Below, one piece after another: positions 1 to 9,052 of a stretch of DNA of 64,000 bases (its first letter is position 1; every line of letters starts with the position of its first letter). The DNA comes from Candidatus Melainabacteria bacterium 17Bon1m. Its GTDB lineage: Bacteria; Cyanobacteriota; Vampirovibrionia; Obscuribacterales; Obscuribacteraceae. The position numbers were made by a program, and so were the translations under genes. Location: contig JAVLKG010000004.1 of NCBI GenBank assembly GCA_032128875.1, forward strand, positions 352,001 through 416,000, read 5' to 3'. The notes under the pieces are model-generated. The model saw only the letters and a program-made list of their open reading frames with translations. It was not told the DNA's origin and ran no database searches.

Positions 1-2
1 TT

Positions 3-653
3 GGTGTGCATGACTTTGGTGAAGATGCGCACGGACAGCCGTATTTGATTATGGATTATGTTAATGGTGAAACTCTAGAAGAGCTGATTGCTGATCGTCA
101 GAAGTTGGATCCTGGCTTTTGCGTTCCCATATTTATGCAAATTTGCGATGCACTGACAACGATGCACAACAAAGGTTTTGTGCATCGTGATCTAAAACCA
201 AGCAACGTGATTGTGAAAGTCAAAAGCAGCGGCACTCACATCACTCTGGTAGATTTAGGCATCGCAAAGTCAATTGTTGAGAGTAGTGCTACGGCTAGAC
301 TAACTGCACATGGGCAGATGTTTGGTTCTCCCACATATATGAGTCCTGAGCAATGCATTGGACAAGATGCAGATTTTCGCAGCGACTTGTATGCCTTAGG
401 CTGCTTGATGTATGACGCTCTTAGCGGCGGTCCGCCCTTTGATCATGACAGCACTTACAACGTTATGTGGCAGCACGTCAATGAGCCACCATCGCGTCTG
501 CCCTTCCTTGAAGAGCACTCCAAAGTGCCAGAACACATGCAAACGATTATGTTCAAGCTTTTGCAAAAGGCGCCGAATCAACGCTATCAGAGTGCGGATG
601 AAGTGAAAGCTGAACTTGCTCTGCTTTTGCAAGAAGCGAGATCAGGACAGTAG
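3..653 (+). CDS. Ser/Thr protein kinase (Hanks type), 5' truncated by window edge
   Basis: HRDLKPSN catalytic loop, DLG (DFG-like), GSPTYMSPEQ, SDLYALG; N-lobe lies before base 1. Confidence 0.93.
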   Translation, partial: GVHDFGEDAHGQPYLIMDYVNGETLEELIADRQKLDPGFCVPIFMQICDALTTMHNKGFVHRDLKPSNVIVKVKSSGTHITLVDLGIAKSIVESSATARLTAHGQMFGSPTYMSPEQCIGQDADFRSDLYALGCLMYDALSGGPPFDHDSTYNVMWQHVNEPPSRLPFLEEHSKVPEHMQTIMFKLLQKAPNQRYQSADEVKAELALLLQEARSGQ

Positions 654-685
654 TTGCAGTACCGAGCATTGCCGGTGATGATCGC

Positions 686-1150
686 TCAGTTCCTATAGAA
701 ATCAACCCATTCGATTTGAATCTCTTTGTCTTTTGGTTCAACGAACCCCGCTGGAGAGGTTATATAGATTGTGTTTCCTTTTCGTTTTAGAGTAAAACCT
801 TGAGCAAGATCAATCACAGTCTTCTGCGTCGCGAGAGGAATTCTGCCCTCGAATTTCTTGGTAGCAGTTGAAAATTTCAAACCTTCAAGCGCTTTAAAGT
901 TTCGAAAAAGAAGTCGAAAGGTGCGAGGCCATTCACCTTGTTTCAATCCAAATTGCGTTTTTCCTATGCCACCATAATGTTTCACTGTTATCTCAAAAGT
1001 ATTTCCCTTTTGGGTTGCTGATACATAATCGGCCCTGGGACGTTTGTCCTCGCGTTGCTCCCAAACCAATTCATGTGCAGACACATTTGCATTGAAAGTG
1101 CATAAGTGCAAAAGCAGGAGAAGGATGAACGCTGAAAACGCTTTTCTCAT
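686..1150 (-). CDS. hypothetical exported protein
   Basis: 154-aa ORF with Sec-type signal peptide. Confidence 0.7.
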   Translation of the reverse strand: MRKAFSAFILLLLLHLCTFNANVSAHELVWEQREDKRPRADYVSATQKGNTFEITVKHYGGIGKTQFGLKQGEWPRTFRLLFRNFKALEGLKFSTATKKFEGRIPLATQKTVIDLAQGFTLKRKGNTIYITSPAGFVEPKDKEIQIEWVDFYRN

Positions 1151-1168
1151 CGAGAATTGTAGAGAGTC

Positions 1169-1648
1169 TTATCCACCAGAAGGAAGAAGTTTGTCCTGCT
1201 CTTTTATGTCGGCTTGAGTGTTAAAGATTAGTCTTGTGATTTTGCTAGCTGTCTTCATTGCGGCAGGAAATTGCATTTTGTAGTGCTTCTTGTCGAAGAC
1301 GATGACCGGAGTCTTGTCCGATGTCCAAGAAGTCAGCAACCTATTGGTAGTTGCAGTACCCGGCAAGTTTGCCATGTCCGCGCCTGCCGAAAGGCACACG
1401 ATCCCTAAAATGGTGAAAACCGGCCCAAAGAAAATGGGCGCCCAGATTGCATCTTTGACTTTGGCAATTGCTTTTTCTTTTCGCTCATTGGGCGGGCAAA
1501 AAATAAGCCATGGCGAAATGATTGTGAGCGGCAGAAATCCGCTCCAATACCAGATTTTTCCTTGCGCTATAGCGACAAAGGCTTTGAAGAGATACCCGGC
1601 GCCCATGATCATAAGAATGACGCCAAAAGCGAGACCTAATTGCTCCAT
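1169..1648 (-). CDS. hypothetical membrane protein
   Basis: 159 aa, about 3 hydrophobic segments, GAGGA RBS upstream. Confidence 0.7.
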   Translation of the reverse strand: MEQLGLAFGVILMIMGAGYLFKAFVAIAQGKIWYWSGFLPLTIISPWLIFCPPNERKEKAIAKVKDAIWAPIFFGPVFTILGIVCLSAGADMANLPGTATTNRLLTSWTSDKTPVIVFDKKHYKMQFPAAMKTASKITRLIFNTQADIKEQDKLLPSGG

Positions 1649-1933
1649 GTGGCAATCCTCGGCAGTTTAGTAAGTGTGACGCCTGGCAAGCGCCGACACT
1701 TCCACATTACAACGTTTCGCGGTTTTGCGGTAGGGCGCGAACGAAAGGCATCCGCAGTAAGTGTTTCGGGACGCTTCTCTACGGGGGCTGGGCTGACGTA
1801 AAGGGCATCTCACTTGAATTGATCGGTTCTAGCCCCAATCAGCAGGAGTTCTATAATGGACTTTCGGGGTTGGTTTGTGCCTTTTGTGGGGCACTGGAGC
1901 TGCCAGAGTTCAAAATGAGAGCAAATCCGAAAA

Positions 1934-2878
1934 ATGACTGATGCAAAATCCAATCGTAAGCCCAATCCGCATCTAATTATTCCTGCCGGAACGCAGGTAG
2001 TTACGTTGGTCGAGATTCGGAGCAAGGCAGGACAACCGTTAAGAAGAAAAGGTACGGTCGGAACTATCCTTAAGTCGCCGGTCGATAACGAACATGCTTA
2101 CTTAATTCGGTTTCCCGATGGAGGGCAAGCAAGTCTCCACCGACAAGAGCTCGTAATAAGAAAGCATCTTCAGAATGTAGATTTTGATAGACCAGATCCT
2201 TTGGGAGATCGTGAGTTATTTGATTTTGTTATTTATCAGTGTGTAGTCGGATCGCGCGCCTACGGCCTTGACGTTGAAGAGTCAGACATCGATCGCCGCG
2301 GAATTTACTTGCCTTCTGCCGAACTTCATTGGTCACTTTATGGTATTCCTGAGCAAATCGAAGACACCGCAAATGAGGAATGTTATTGGGAATTGCAAAA
2401 ATTCCTCATTTTGACTTTAAAAGCAAATCCAAATCTCCTTGAGTGCCTTTACTCTCCGATTGTGGAAAAATGTTCTCCAATCGCCCAAGAACTTCTAGAT
2501 TCGCGAGACTGCTTTTTGTCCAAGCTTGTTTATCAAACCTATAACGGCTATGTTCTTTCTCAGTTTCGGAAGTTAGAACAGGATCTCAGAACGCGTGGTG
2601 AACTGAAATGGAAGCACGTTATGCACCTTGTTCGCTTACTGGTTTCCGGCATCACAATTCTTAGGGAAGGTGTTGTGCCTGTGAATGTAGGGGATTATCG
2701 AGAAAAACTCATGCCAATTCGGCTGGGTCAAGTGTCGTGGGAGGAAGTGAACGATTGGCGATTGCAACTTCATAAGCAGTTCGACGCAGCATTTGAATCA
2801 TCAAAGTTGCCTGACAGACCAGATTACGAACAGGCTAATAGACTGCTGATCAAGGCTCGAAGGGAGATGGTTAAGTAA
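1934..2878 (+). CDS. Pol-beta-fold nucleotidyltransferase (PF10127, RlaP/YcgL-like) with N-terminal SH3-like extension
   Basis: VVGSRAYGL..ESDIDRRG motif, KANPNLLECL, KHVMHLVRLL. Confidence 0.85.
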   Translation: MTDAKSNRKPNPHLIIPAGTQVVTLVEIRSKAGQPLRRKGTVGTILKSPVDNEHAYLIRFPDGGQASLHRQELVIRKHLQNVDFDRPDPLGDRELFDFVIYQCVVGSRAYGLDVEESDIDRRGIYLPSAELHWSLYGIPEQIEDTANEECYWELQKFLILTLKANPNLLECLYSPIVEKCSPIAQELLDSRDCFLSKLVYQTYNGYVLSQFRKLEQDLRTRGELKWKHVMHLVRLLVSGITILREGVVPVNVGDYREKLMPIRLGQVSWEEVNDWRLQLHKQFDAAFESSKLPDRPDYEQANRLLIKARREMVK

Positions 2879-3642
2879 TGGAATTTCCAAAACAAGTTGT
2901 TGAGGCAACGCAGAGCCATCCATTTCCACTGTTATTCGCTACCATTAGTGGTGCCCACTTATACGGATTTCCTTCGCCAGATTCTGATTTTGATCTTCGT
3001 GGCTGTCACGTACTGCCCGTTTCTGAGCTGATTGGGCTTGAGGCTCCAAGCGAAACCTTGGAGTCATCACGTATGGAAGAAGGTCTGGAGCTGGATCTTG
3101 TAACGCACGACGCAAAGAAATTCTTTCTGATGATGTTGCAGAAGAACGGATATGTCCTTGAACAACTCTATTCTCCTCTGGTTGTGCATGGAACAGTGGA
3201 ACATGAGGAGCTGAAAGAAATCGGTAAGAAGTGCATCACAAGGAATCATAGTTATCACTACCTTGGATTTGCGCTGACCCAATGGAGACTATTGTTCAAA
3301 CAAGAAAAACCTCGTGTTAAACCTCTCTTGTACACGTATAGAGTTCTTCTTACCGGAATAAACTTGATGCAGACTGGGGTTATCGAAGCGAATCTTGTAA
3401 CTCTGAATGAGAAATTCAGATTGCCTTATATTGCCGAGTTGATCGAGCAGAAGCTTTCGGGTGTGGAAAAACAGCAAATAAAAGGTGCAGATATCAGCTT
3501 TCACGAGACTGAATACAATCGCCTGCGAGCCCAGCTTGAAGATGAGTTTGACAAGTCTAAATTGCCAGAATTGCCGGACGCAAGGAAGGAATTAGACGAC
3601 CTTCTGCGACGGGTAAGAATGAACAAACTTACACCGATATAG
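2878..3642 (+). CDS. second PF10127-family nucleotidyltransferase
   Basis: SGAHLYGFPSPDSDFDLRG, NGYVLEQL, KPLLYTYRVLL; TAATG stop/start overlap with the upstream gene. Confidence 0.85.
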   Translation: MEFPKQVVEATQSHPFPLLFATISGAHLYGFPSPDSDFDLRGCHVLPVSELIGLEAPSETLESSRMEEGLELDLVTHDAKKFFLMMLQKNGYVLEQLYSPLVVHGTVEHEELKEIGKKCITRNHSYHYLGFALTQWRLLFKQEKPRVKPLLYTYRVLLTGINLMQTGVIEANLVTLNEKFRLPYIAELIEQKLSGVEKQQIKGADISFHETEYNRLRAQLEDEFDKSKLPELPDARKELDDLLRRVRMNKLTPI

Positions 3643-3653
3643 TAGCTTCAAAT

Positions 3654-3684
3654 GCAAATGCCCGGCTGGGCGCCAGGCATTTGC
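3654..3684. terminator. hairpin between convergent genes
   Basis: GCAAATGCC...GGCATTTGC inverted repeat. Confidence 0.55.
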
Positions 3685-3703
3685 TGTCCTTCGTGGATGG
3701 ATC

Positions 3704-3997
3704 CTACTTTGTGTTTGTCTGAACTTTTACGCCATCTTTAGTCTTTACCTGAATCGCTTGTGATGCTGATGTGCTGCTGCTCGTACTCGGTGAAGTTGTC
3801 GCGTTTGTGGTCGTCACGTTGGTGTGATTTACATTGATTTTGGTTGATTTCAATGGCGGTCTCATTGGTTTGCTGACACCGGCGCTGCCTTGTCCCCATG
3901 AGGCTGGTTGTCCTGAGCCGGCGCCGGTAGTGTCTGCATAGGCGGCCGCGATAGGAATCAGTGTCACAATTGCTCCCAATACAAAATGCTTTCTCAT
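3704..3997 (-). CDS. small exported low-complexity S/T/Q-rich protein
   Basis: MRKHFVLG..AAAYA signal peptide; GGGAG RBS before ATG at 3997. Confidence 0.7.
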   Translation of the reverse strand: MRKHFVLGAIVTLIPIAAAYADTTGAGSGQPASWGQGSAGVSKPMRPPLKSTKINVNHTNVTTTNATTSPSTSSSTSASQAIQVKTKDGVKVQTNTK

Positions 3998-4039
3998 GGT
4001 TGTCTCCCTGTGCGATAGTCGTTGAGTAGTGTCTATCTG

Positions 4040-4067
4040 TAAGAGAAAAATTGATCGAATTGGTTCC
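4040..4067 (-). promoter_or_regulatory. ECF-sigma-type promoter
   Basis: GGAACC-N16-CTCTTA, about 40 nt upstream of the start. Confidence 0.5.
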
Positions 4068-4144
4068 ATGGAAACAGCGATGGGATGCCAAAATTGAACA
4101 TTTTTGAAGATGGTTTTGTGGCGCTTGGCTAAGTCAAAGTTAGG

Positions 4145-4726
4145 TCACTTTGTGTATTTCGCGACCAGTTCGCCAACGCTTGCTATACGTGCTTTCAGAA
4201 GTCCTTGCATTCTTTCCAGCGCTGAGTCCGTTAGTTGTTGATGGTTCGATATGACACCATCACTGACTACTATGAGCTTGTAGTCTCGCATGTAAGCGTC
4301 ATTTGCCGTGTACATCACACAAATGTCTGCTGCTATACCTGCCAGCACCAGTGTTTTTGCACCTAATTTCTTCAAAAGGATATTGAGTGGCGTACCGAAA
4401 AATCCAGAATGCATAGGTTTTAAAACAAAGAAATCTTGTTTGGTAGGTTTTAGCGCAATTGCAAGATCACGGCCATTTGAGCCCGTTTTAGTGCAAGCAT
4501 CTAGTTGTTCATTGAAGTTCGAGTGCCAGTTATTGAAATTGTCGTTGAGATAGATGACGGGTATTTCGGCCTGACGTGCCGCTCTTTTTAGACGCGCCAA
4601 ATTTTCAGCCAGCAGAGGCAAGCCTGCTAACAATTCTTCATTGTCCGGAAAGTCAAGTCTGTTGATGACGTCAATCAGAAGTAGTGCCGTATCCGACTGC
4701 GGCAGCTTACCTTGAGATGAAGTCAT
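4145..4726 (-). CDS. isochorismatase-family cysteine hydrolase
   Basis: ALLLIDVIN, K..HSGFFGTPL, AGIAADICV (Asp-Lys-Cys triad). Confidence 0.9.
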   Translation of the reverse strand: MTSSQGKLPQSDTALLLIDVINRLDFPDNEELLAGLPLLAENLARLKRAARQAEIPVIYLNDNFNNWHSNFNEQLDACTKTGSNGRDLAIALKPTKQDFFVLKPMHSGFFGTPLNILLKKLGAKTLVLAGIAADICVMYTANDAYMRDYKLIVVSDGVISNHQQLTDSALERMQGLLKARIASVGELVAKYTK

Positions 4727-4737
4727 TTTCCCACTCC

Positions 4738-4962
4738 TTAGCCGGGAACGTCACGCGGATCGTTGCCATAACTGTCGCGCAAACGGATGCTGCCGTCTTC
4801 ACCATGCAAGTAGAACTCGACCCCATCTTGTTTTGCAAGTTTTCGTCCACATTCATCAGCATCTGCCTGTGTATCAAAAGTGGCTGCATAACCGTTGACG
4901 TTTTCTCGTTTCACCGCCCATTTATCTTCTTTTCTTACTACGTGAATGTTTGGTTTGCTCAT
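4738..4962 (-). CDS. DUF2188 family protein
   Basis: HVV..KWAVK..FDTQ..GR..A..LHGEDGSIR..DSYGNDP; GGAGG RBS. Confidence 0.88.
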   Translation of the reverse strand: MSKPNIHVVRKEDKWAVKRENVNGYAATFDTQADADECGRKLAKQDGVEFYLHGEDGSIRLRDSYGNDPRDVPG

Positions 4963-4984
4963 TGTAGAAGCCTCCCCTGCCGGA

Positions 4985-5152
4985 TTAGGCGCTTTCTCTC
5001 AACTCGAATTCATCAGTATCCAGGATGGAGATTGTTCGCTTGCGGGCGTCGATTAGTTTGACGCCGTCCTTCCAATACTGCTCTGCAAACATCATCGCTA
5101 GTTCGAAGCGAGGAAACTCAAATACGTTTGCCTCCGAAATTACGCTCCACAT
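4985..5152 (-). CDS. 55-aa small protein, not in ORF track
   Basis: Manual translation MWSVISEANVFEFPRFELAMMFAEQYWKDGVKLIDARKRTISILDTDEFELRESA; GGAG RBS, upstream promoter, paralogue at 10512-10706. Confidence 0.75.
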   Translation of the reverse strand: MWSVISEANVFEFPRFELAMMFAEQYWKDGVKLIDARKRTISILDTDEFELRESA

Positions 5153-5181
5153 CTGCTAGTCTCCATCTCGATTGTGCTGAT

Positions 5182-5209
5182 TCAGACCGCTTTTGGCGAA
5201 ATCAGTTCC
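5182..5209 (-). promoter_or_regulatory. ECF-sigma-type promoter
   Basis: GGAACT-N16-GTCTGA. Confidence 0.65.
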
Positions 5210-5246
5210 ATTGTTTTAGGAGGAGATTGCACATTCTAACGAGCAC

Positions 5247-5280
5247 AAAAAAGACGACTATGAGGGTAGTCGTCTTCTTT
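5247..5280. terminator. intrinsic terminator, probably bidirectional
   Basis: AAAAAAGACGACTA-6nt-TAGTCGTCTTCTTT. Confidence 0.75.
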
Positions 5281-5330
5281 ATGGTTCGAGGAGCCTCAGC
5301 CCGTTCACAAAACGAACTGATGTATGAAAC

Positions 5331-5726
5331 TTATCGGTAGGTTCGCGTGACCGGCTTAACAGGCTTTCCAGCTTTTGGTGCTCCGAAGTTTTTGACGACG
5401 GGCTTTGCCGTGGCAGGCATCGTATAGCTGGATCTTCCCTGAACAGGCGTTGTGGTCGAGCCAATCGGTCTGACATAGGGCGTAGAGCCGCCCTGGTTAG
5501 TGCTCTGGGTAGTGGCCTGAGCGCTATTAGTAGAACTGCTGCTACTGCTTTGCTGTGTTGTCGCTGCATTGGAGGGCTGATTCGTAGATTGCGATGACTG
5601 CTGAGTAGTCGCGCCAGACGAATTTGATCCGCCAGCCATGCTTGATGCTTGCGATTCGCCTGCGTACGCGTATAAATTGGGCAGCAGAGCAGTCACGACT
5701 CCTAGCAACGTGTAGCGTCTCTTCAT
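5331..5726 (-). CDS. exported low-complexity S/T/Q-rich protein
   Basis: MKRRYTLLG..YAYA signal peptide; AGGAG RBS before ATG at 5726. Confidence 0.72.
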   Translation of the reverse strand: MKRRYTLLGVVTALLPNLYAYAGESQASSMAGGSNSSGATTQQSSQSTNQPSNAATTQQSSSSSSTNSAQATTQSTNQGGSTPYVRPIGSTTTPVQGRSSYTMPATAKPVVKNFGAPKAGKPVKPVTRTYR

Positions 5727-5755
5727 ATTCAACTCCTGTATGGCTTGGCAGGGTA

Positions 5756-5783
5756 TTTGACAAGCTAATCACTGTAAGGTTCC
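5756..5783 (-). promoter_or_regulatory. ECF-sigma-type promoter
   Basis: GGAACC-N16-GTCAAA. Confidence 0.65.
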
Positions 5784-5798
5784 CAAAGCGAAGGGATT

Positions 5799-6428
5799 TT
5801 AATTTTTGCCTGTGGCTTTAACGGCAGATTCAATGACCTTGAAAGCGACGCTGGAGTCGCGCCATCCCAGGAGTTCAAATACACGACCCTTGCACATTGC
5901 ATTCACGTTGAAGAACAATTCGTATTCGCTTCGAATCGATGCAGGGATGTCCTTCCAGTTTGTCAATTCATCATAACGAACAGAATGGTTGTGAACACCG
6001 ATGACTCGGTCATTTCTCACCGTTTTTCCATCCTGAACCTGCTCTGCTTCAAGGACTCCGAGGATCTTCACTTGGACAAGACATCCGGGGAAAGCCGGTT
6101 CGTCCATGAGCACAATAATATCTAATGGGTCACCGTCTCCTGCAAGAGTGGATGGGACAAATCCAAAATCGAATGGCCACGCCAGACCCGCATGAAGGGC
6201 CGGCCCACATTCGAATAAATCCAAACTAGGCACGTACTTATATTTACTTCTGCTGCCTTTCGGGTTCTCGATAATGGCCCTGACAAGACCAGTCTTTTCG
6301 TCAATTATTCCCTTGCTTAGAGCAACTTTCAGCAAGCTGCCCTTCAGCATATCGGTCCCGTTGACCTTTATTTTCGGATTGCGTTTTGAACTCTTGCTTT
6401 TGCCTGCCTGCTTGCTTGTTTTTTTCAT
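5799..6428 (-). CDS. ppa: family I inorganic pyrophosphatase with K/S-rich N-terminal tail
   Basis: IIENPKGSRSKY, FGFVPSTLAGDGDPLDIIVL. Confidence 0.9.
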   Translation of the reverse strand: MKKTSKQAGKSKSSKRNPKIKVNGTDMLKGSLLKVALSKGIIDEKTGLVRAIIENPKGSRSKYKYVPSLDLFECGPALHAGLAWPFDFGFVPSTLAGDGDPLDIIVLMDEPAFPGCLVQVKILGVLEAEQVQDGKTVRNDRVIGVHNHSVRYDELTNWKDIPASIRSEYELFFNVNAMCKGRVFELLGWRDSSVAFKVIESAVKATGKN

Positions 6429-7327
6429 GAGGCTTCTTTTTTATAGTCGGCATGAACGCCTGTACCCATGTTGGAGGGTTTATCCAGATTACCTTTCGTG
6501 AAAGGCGCCGCGGGAGCCTGCTCAATCTGGGCTTTTTGAGTGTTCTTTGCCATCATCGCTTCTGTTGCTCCAGGCAACAGGGAATCTGACATGCTAAAAA
6601 TTCCGGCGCCTTTACCGACTGCGACTTCTGGTTTTGGCTTGAATACAAGATCAACGATTGCATCAATTACTTCCTGAGCATCGCTCAGGGGAGGAATCGG
6701 AACCGACTTTCTGCCAGTGTAGTTTGCGGCATGGTCGAAAAATGGAGTGTCCATTGCCATCGGAAGTACCGTACAGACGTGGATTCGATCTTTCTTCAAT
6801 TCTTGCAACTCTTGTCTCAAGGCTGCGCTCAAGCCGACAACGGCATGCTTTGCCGCTGCATAAGAGGCGTAATAAGGCGCCGGAATCTTGCCTATCATCG
6901 AAGCCACGTTGATGAGGGTGCCTTGTCCCTTTTCCATAAAATGTTGCATGGCAAAATAACTGCCACACATTGTTCCTGCCATATCGACGTCAATAACTTT
7001 CAAATGATCTGCTAGTGGTACTTCAGAGAAAACACCTATGGCGGCCGCACCGGCATTGTTAATCCAGACATCCACTTTGCCGAAACAATCGAGAGCCTGC
7101 TTGAAGAGCACAGCCACCTCGTTTGGGTCGGCAACGTCGGTTTGAACTGCAACCGCACTTGCTCCCAGCCTTGCGCATTCCGCAACCAGCTCTGCCAGCG
7201 CATCCTGTCGCCGCGCCGCCAGGACCAAAGAAGCACCCATTTTGGCAAATTCCAAGGCGCATCCTTTGCCGAAGCCACTCGAAGCGCCTGTTATAACAAT
7301 CGTTGTCCCGTATAATTTTCTATCCAC
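6425..7327 (-). CDS. SDR family oxidoreductase (probable GTG start 7327)
   Basis: TGASSGFG, NNAG, YAAAK. Confidence 0.92.
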   Translation of the reverse strand: MDRKLYGTTIVITGASSGFGKGCALEFAKMGASLVLAARRQDALAELVAECARLGASAVAVQTDVADPNEVAVLFKQALDCFGKVDVWINNAGAAAIGVFSEVPLADHLKVIDVDMAGTMCGSYFAMQHFMEKGQGTLINVASMIGKIPAPYYASYAAAKHAVVGLSAALRQELQELKKDRIHVCTVLPMAMDTPFFDHAANYTGRKSVPIPPLSDAQEVIDAIVDLVFKPKPEVAVGKGAGIFSMSDSLLPGATEAMMAKNTQKAQIEQAPAAPFTKGNLDKPSNMGTGVHADYKKEAS

Positions 7328-7466
7328 AGCACAGCCCTCACAAAGAATGCAGTTTGTCCCCTCAATGACTGCATCTTTGTATGACTGAACCAAAGGGCGA
7401 AGTATCCCACTCCTAAGTCACGAAAGCATGTAACTTATCTATGGAAAACTAGTAATGTGCCTCGAG

Positions 7467-7997
7467 TCAGGCGATTTGCACTTGAGGCTTGGTTTTTGGC
7501 TGCAATTTAAAACTGCCGCTAGGCTCCATCTCACCTAAGGCTCTAGTTGCTTCTCTATGCAGCCAGCTGTCGCTACCGTCTGTGTCCAAACAGCACTGTA
7601 TGGCACGCTCCAGTTGGCGAGTACCTTCAGCATTTTTATCGAGGGCGATACAGATTAGACCAAGTTCGTAATGAACATTTGCCTTTTCCATGGATGAAGA
7701 GTGGTTGTTCTCTAACAAATTCAAAATTAGTTTGGCAGTGCAATAAGCTGCGCTCAAATCACCTATTTCAATAGAGCGAGAGGTTTGTTTTTTAAGTTTT
7801 GCAATTTCAGCCGCGGAATGAGGTTGCACCATATCTAATACCTGTCCTGTCTCAGTACGGTAGAAAACGAGTGGCCACGCAAAAAAATGTGCATAGTCTA
7901 TGAGAATTTTATAGATGGACTTTTTCAAGGTATATAACCCGATTTCGGTATAGAACTTGAGAGTTCCGACTTCTTCGGGCACCTGTCGTGTACTCAT
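7467..7997 (-). CDS. hypothetical TPR-like protein (start may be 7832)
   Basis: ANVHYELGLICIALDKNAEG helix-pair pattern. Confidence 0.5.
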   Translation of the reverse strand: MSTRQVPEEVGTLKFYTEIGLYTLKKSIYKILIDYAHFFAWPLVFYRTETGQVLDMVQPHSAAEIAKLKKQTSRSIEIGDLSAAYCTAKLILNLLENNHSSSMEKANVHYELGLICIALDKNAEGTRQLERAIQCCLDTDGSDSWLHREATRALGEMEPSGSFKLQPKTKPQVQIA

Positions 7998-8220
7998 CTA
8001 TACCTCGTGATTTTGCCGTCAGCATTAAGTTTGCTTATTTCCCGCAGCTACTGGCTTTTATGGGTTTGCATCTCTTAACTAACTGAGGACATGCGCGGCG
8101 TCCTCGGTTTGAATTTGCTGGCGTCGTCCAAATTAGCTTGTCAGAAATAAGTTTCATTAGTCGCGCAATTACTGCAATTTCTTGGTGGTAAAAAAAAGGT
8201 CTTAGCTTTCAGTGATTATT

Positions 8221-8248
8221 GGAACAATCGTAGTGATCGTCTGTCCAG
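8221..8248 (+). promoter_or_regulatory. ECF-sigma-type promoter
   Basis: GGAACA-N16-GTCCAG, 35 nt before ATG 8284. Confidence 0.5.
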
Positions 8249-8283
8249 TTTGCAGAGAAACCAACCCCGATGAGGTATATAAC

Positions 8284-8913
8284 ATGCCGAGAACCAAGGC
8301 AAAAACTGCAGTTGCAAGCGATATCACTCAATTGCTACATGAAGATCATCAAAAGGTAAGAGAGTTATTTTTTCAGTTTGATAAAGCTGAAGACGAAGAC
8401 GAAAAGGAAGAGCTTGTAAAACAAATTATTACCGAGCTTTATGTTCATGCAAAACTAGAAGAAGATATCGTATATCCAAATGTAGAGGAAGAAGCTGAAG
8501 ATGCTCAAGACTTGGTCGACGAAGCCGAAAATGAGCATCGTATGGTCAAGTATTTAATGGCCGAACTTTCACAGATGACCGCAGATGAAGATCAGTTTGA
8601 CGCCAAAGTAACTGTCCTCTGCGAACTAGTCACACACCACATTCGCGAAGAAGAAAAGGAAATGTTCAAAAAGCTTCGCGAAAGTGGTGCGGATCTGGAA
8701 GAGCTTGCACAACAAGTTCGAGAGGCAAAAGAAGAACTGATGGCAGAACCAATTCCTCCAATGCAAGCAAGTCTCTCAATTGGAGACGAAGAGATTGAGT
8801 ACGAAGGAGAGGACGAGGAGGAAGAAGATCAAAGTAGAGCAAAATCCTCTTCGAAAGGACAAAGCAAATCTAATGTTCGTGGACGTTCGAACGGAAGAAA
8901 GAAGAGCGCATAG
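8284..8913 (+). CDS. hemerythrin HHE domain protein
   Basis: EDH, HAKLEEDIVYP, EH, HHIREEE motifs; GAGGT RBS. Confidence 0.9.
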   Translation: MPRTKAKTAVASDITQLLHEDHQKVRELFFQFDKAEDEDEKEELVKQIITELYVHAKLEEDIVYPNVEEEAEDAQDLVDEAENEHRMVKYLMAELSQMTADEDQFDAKVTVLCELVTHHIREEEKEMFKKLRESGADLEELAQQVREAKEELMAEPIPPMQASLSIGDEEIEYEGEDEEEEDQSRAKSSSKGQSKSNVRGRSNGRKKSA

Positions 8914-8939
8914 AACCAGATAAGACCAAAACAGATTAC

Positions 8940-8971
8940 AAGGGACGGACAGCAAACAACTGTCCGTTCTT
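8940..8971 (+). terminator. intrinsic terminator
   Basis: GGGACGGACAG-7nt-CTGTCCGTTCT hairpin. Confidence 0.6.
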
Positions 8972-9036
8972 GATGATCAAAAACTTAGATGAACTCATGG
9001 AACAATTTTTTTCGCATGTGTGTCAATCTGAACAGC

Positions 9037-9052
9037 TGAATGAATTCATTCA
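9037..9052. promoter_or_regulatory. TetR-type operator palindrome, copy 2
   Basis: TGAATGAATTCATTCA, same as the core of 51887-51904; next to extended -10 TGTTACAAT (9058-9066). Confidence 0.65.

Noticed and set aside
1725-1800. c-di-GMP-I riboswitch-like words (GAAAGG, GGGACGC) upstream of the nucleotidyltransferases
   Set aside because: Missing the GGCAAAC and GCAAAG core and the required pairings
8081-8110. Orphan hairpin AACTGAGGAC/GTCCTCGGTT suggesting an sRNA
   Set aside because: No convincing promoter or second copy; insufficient support
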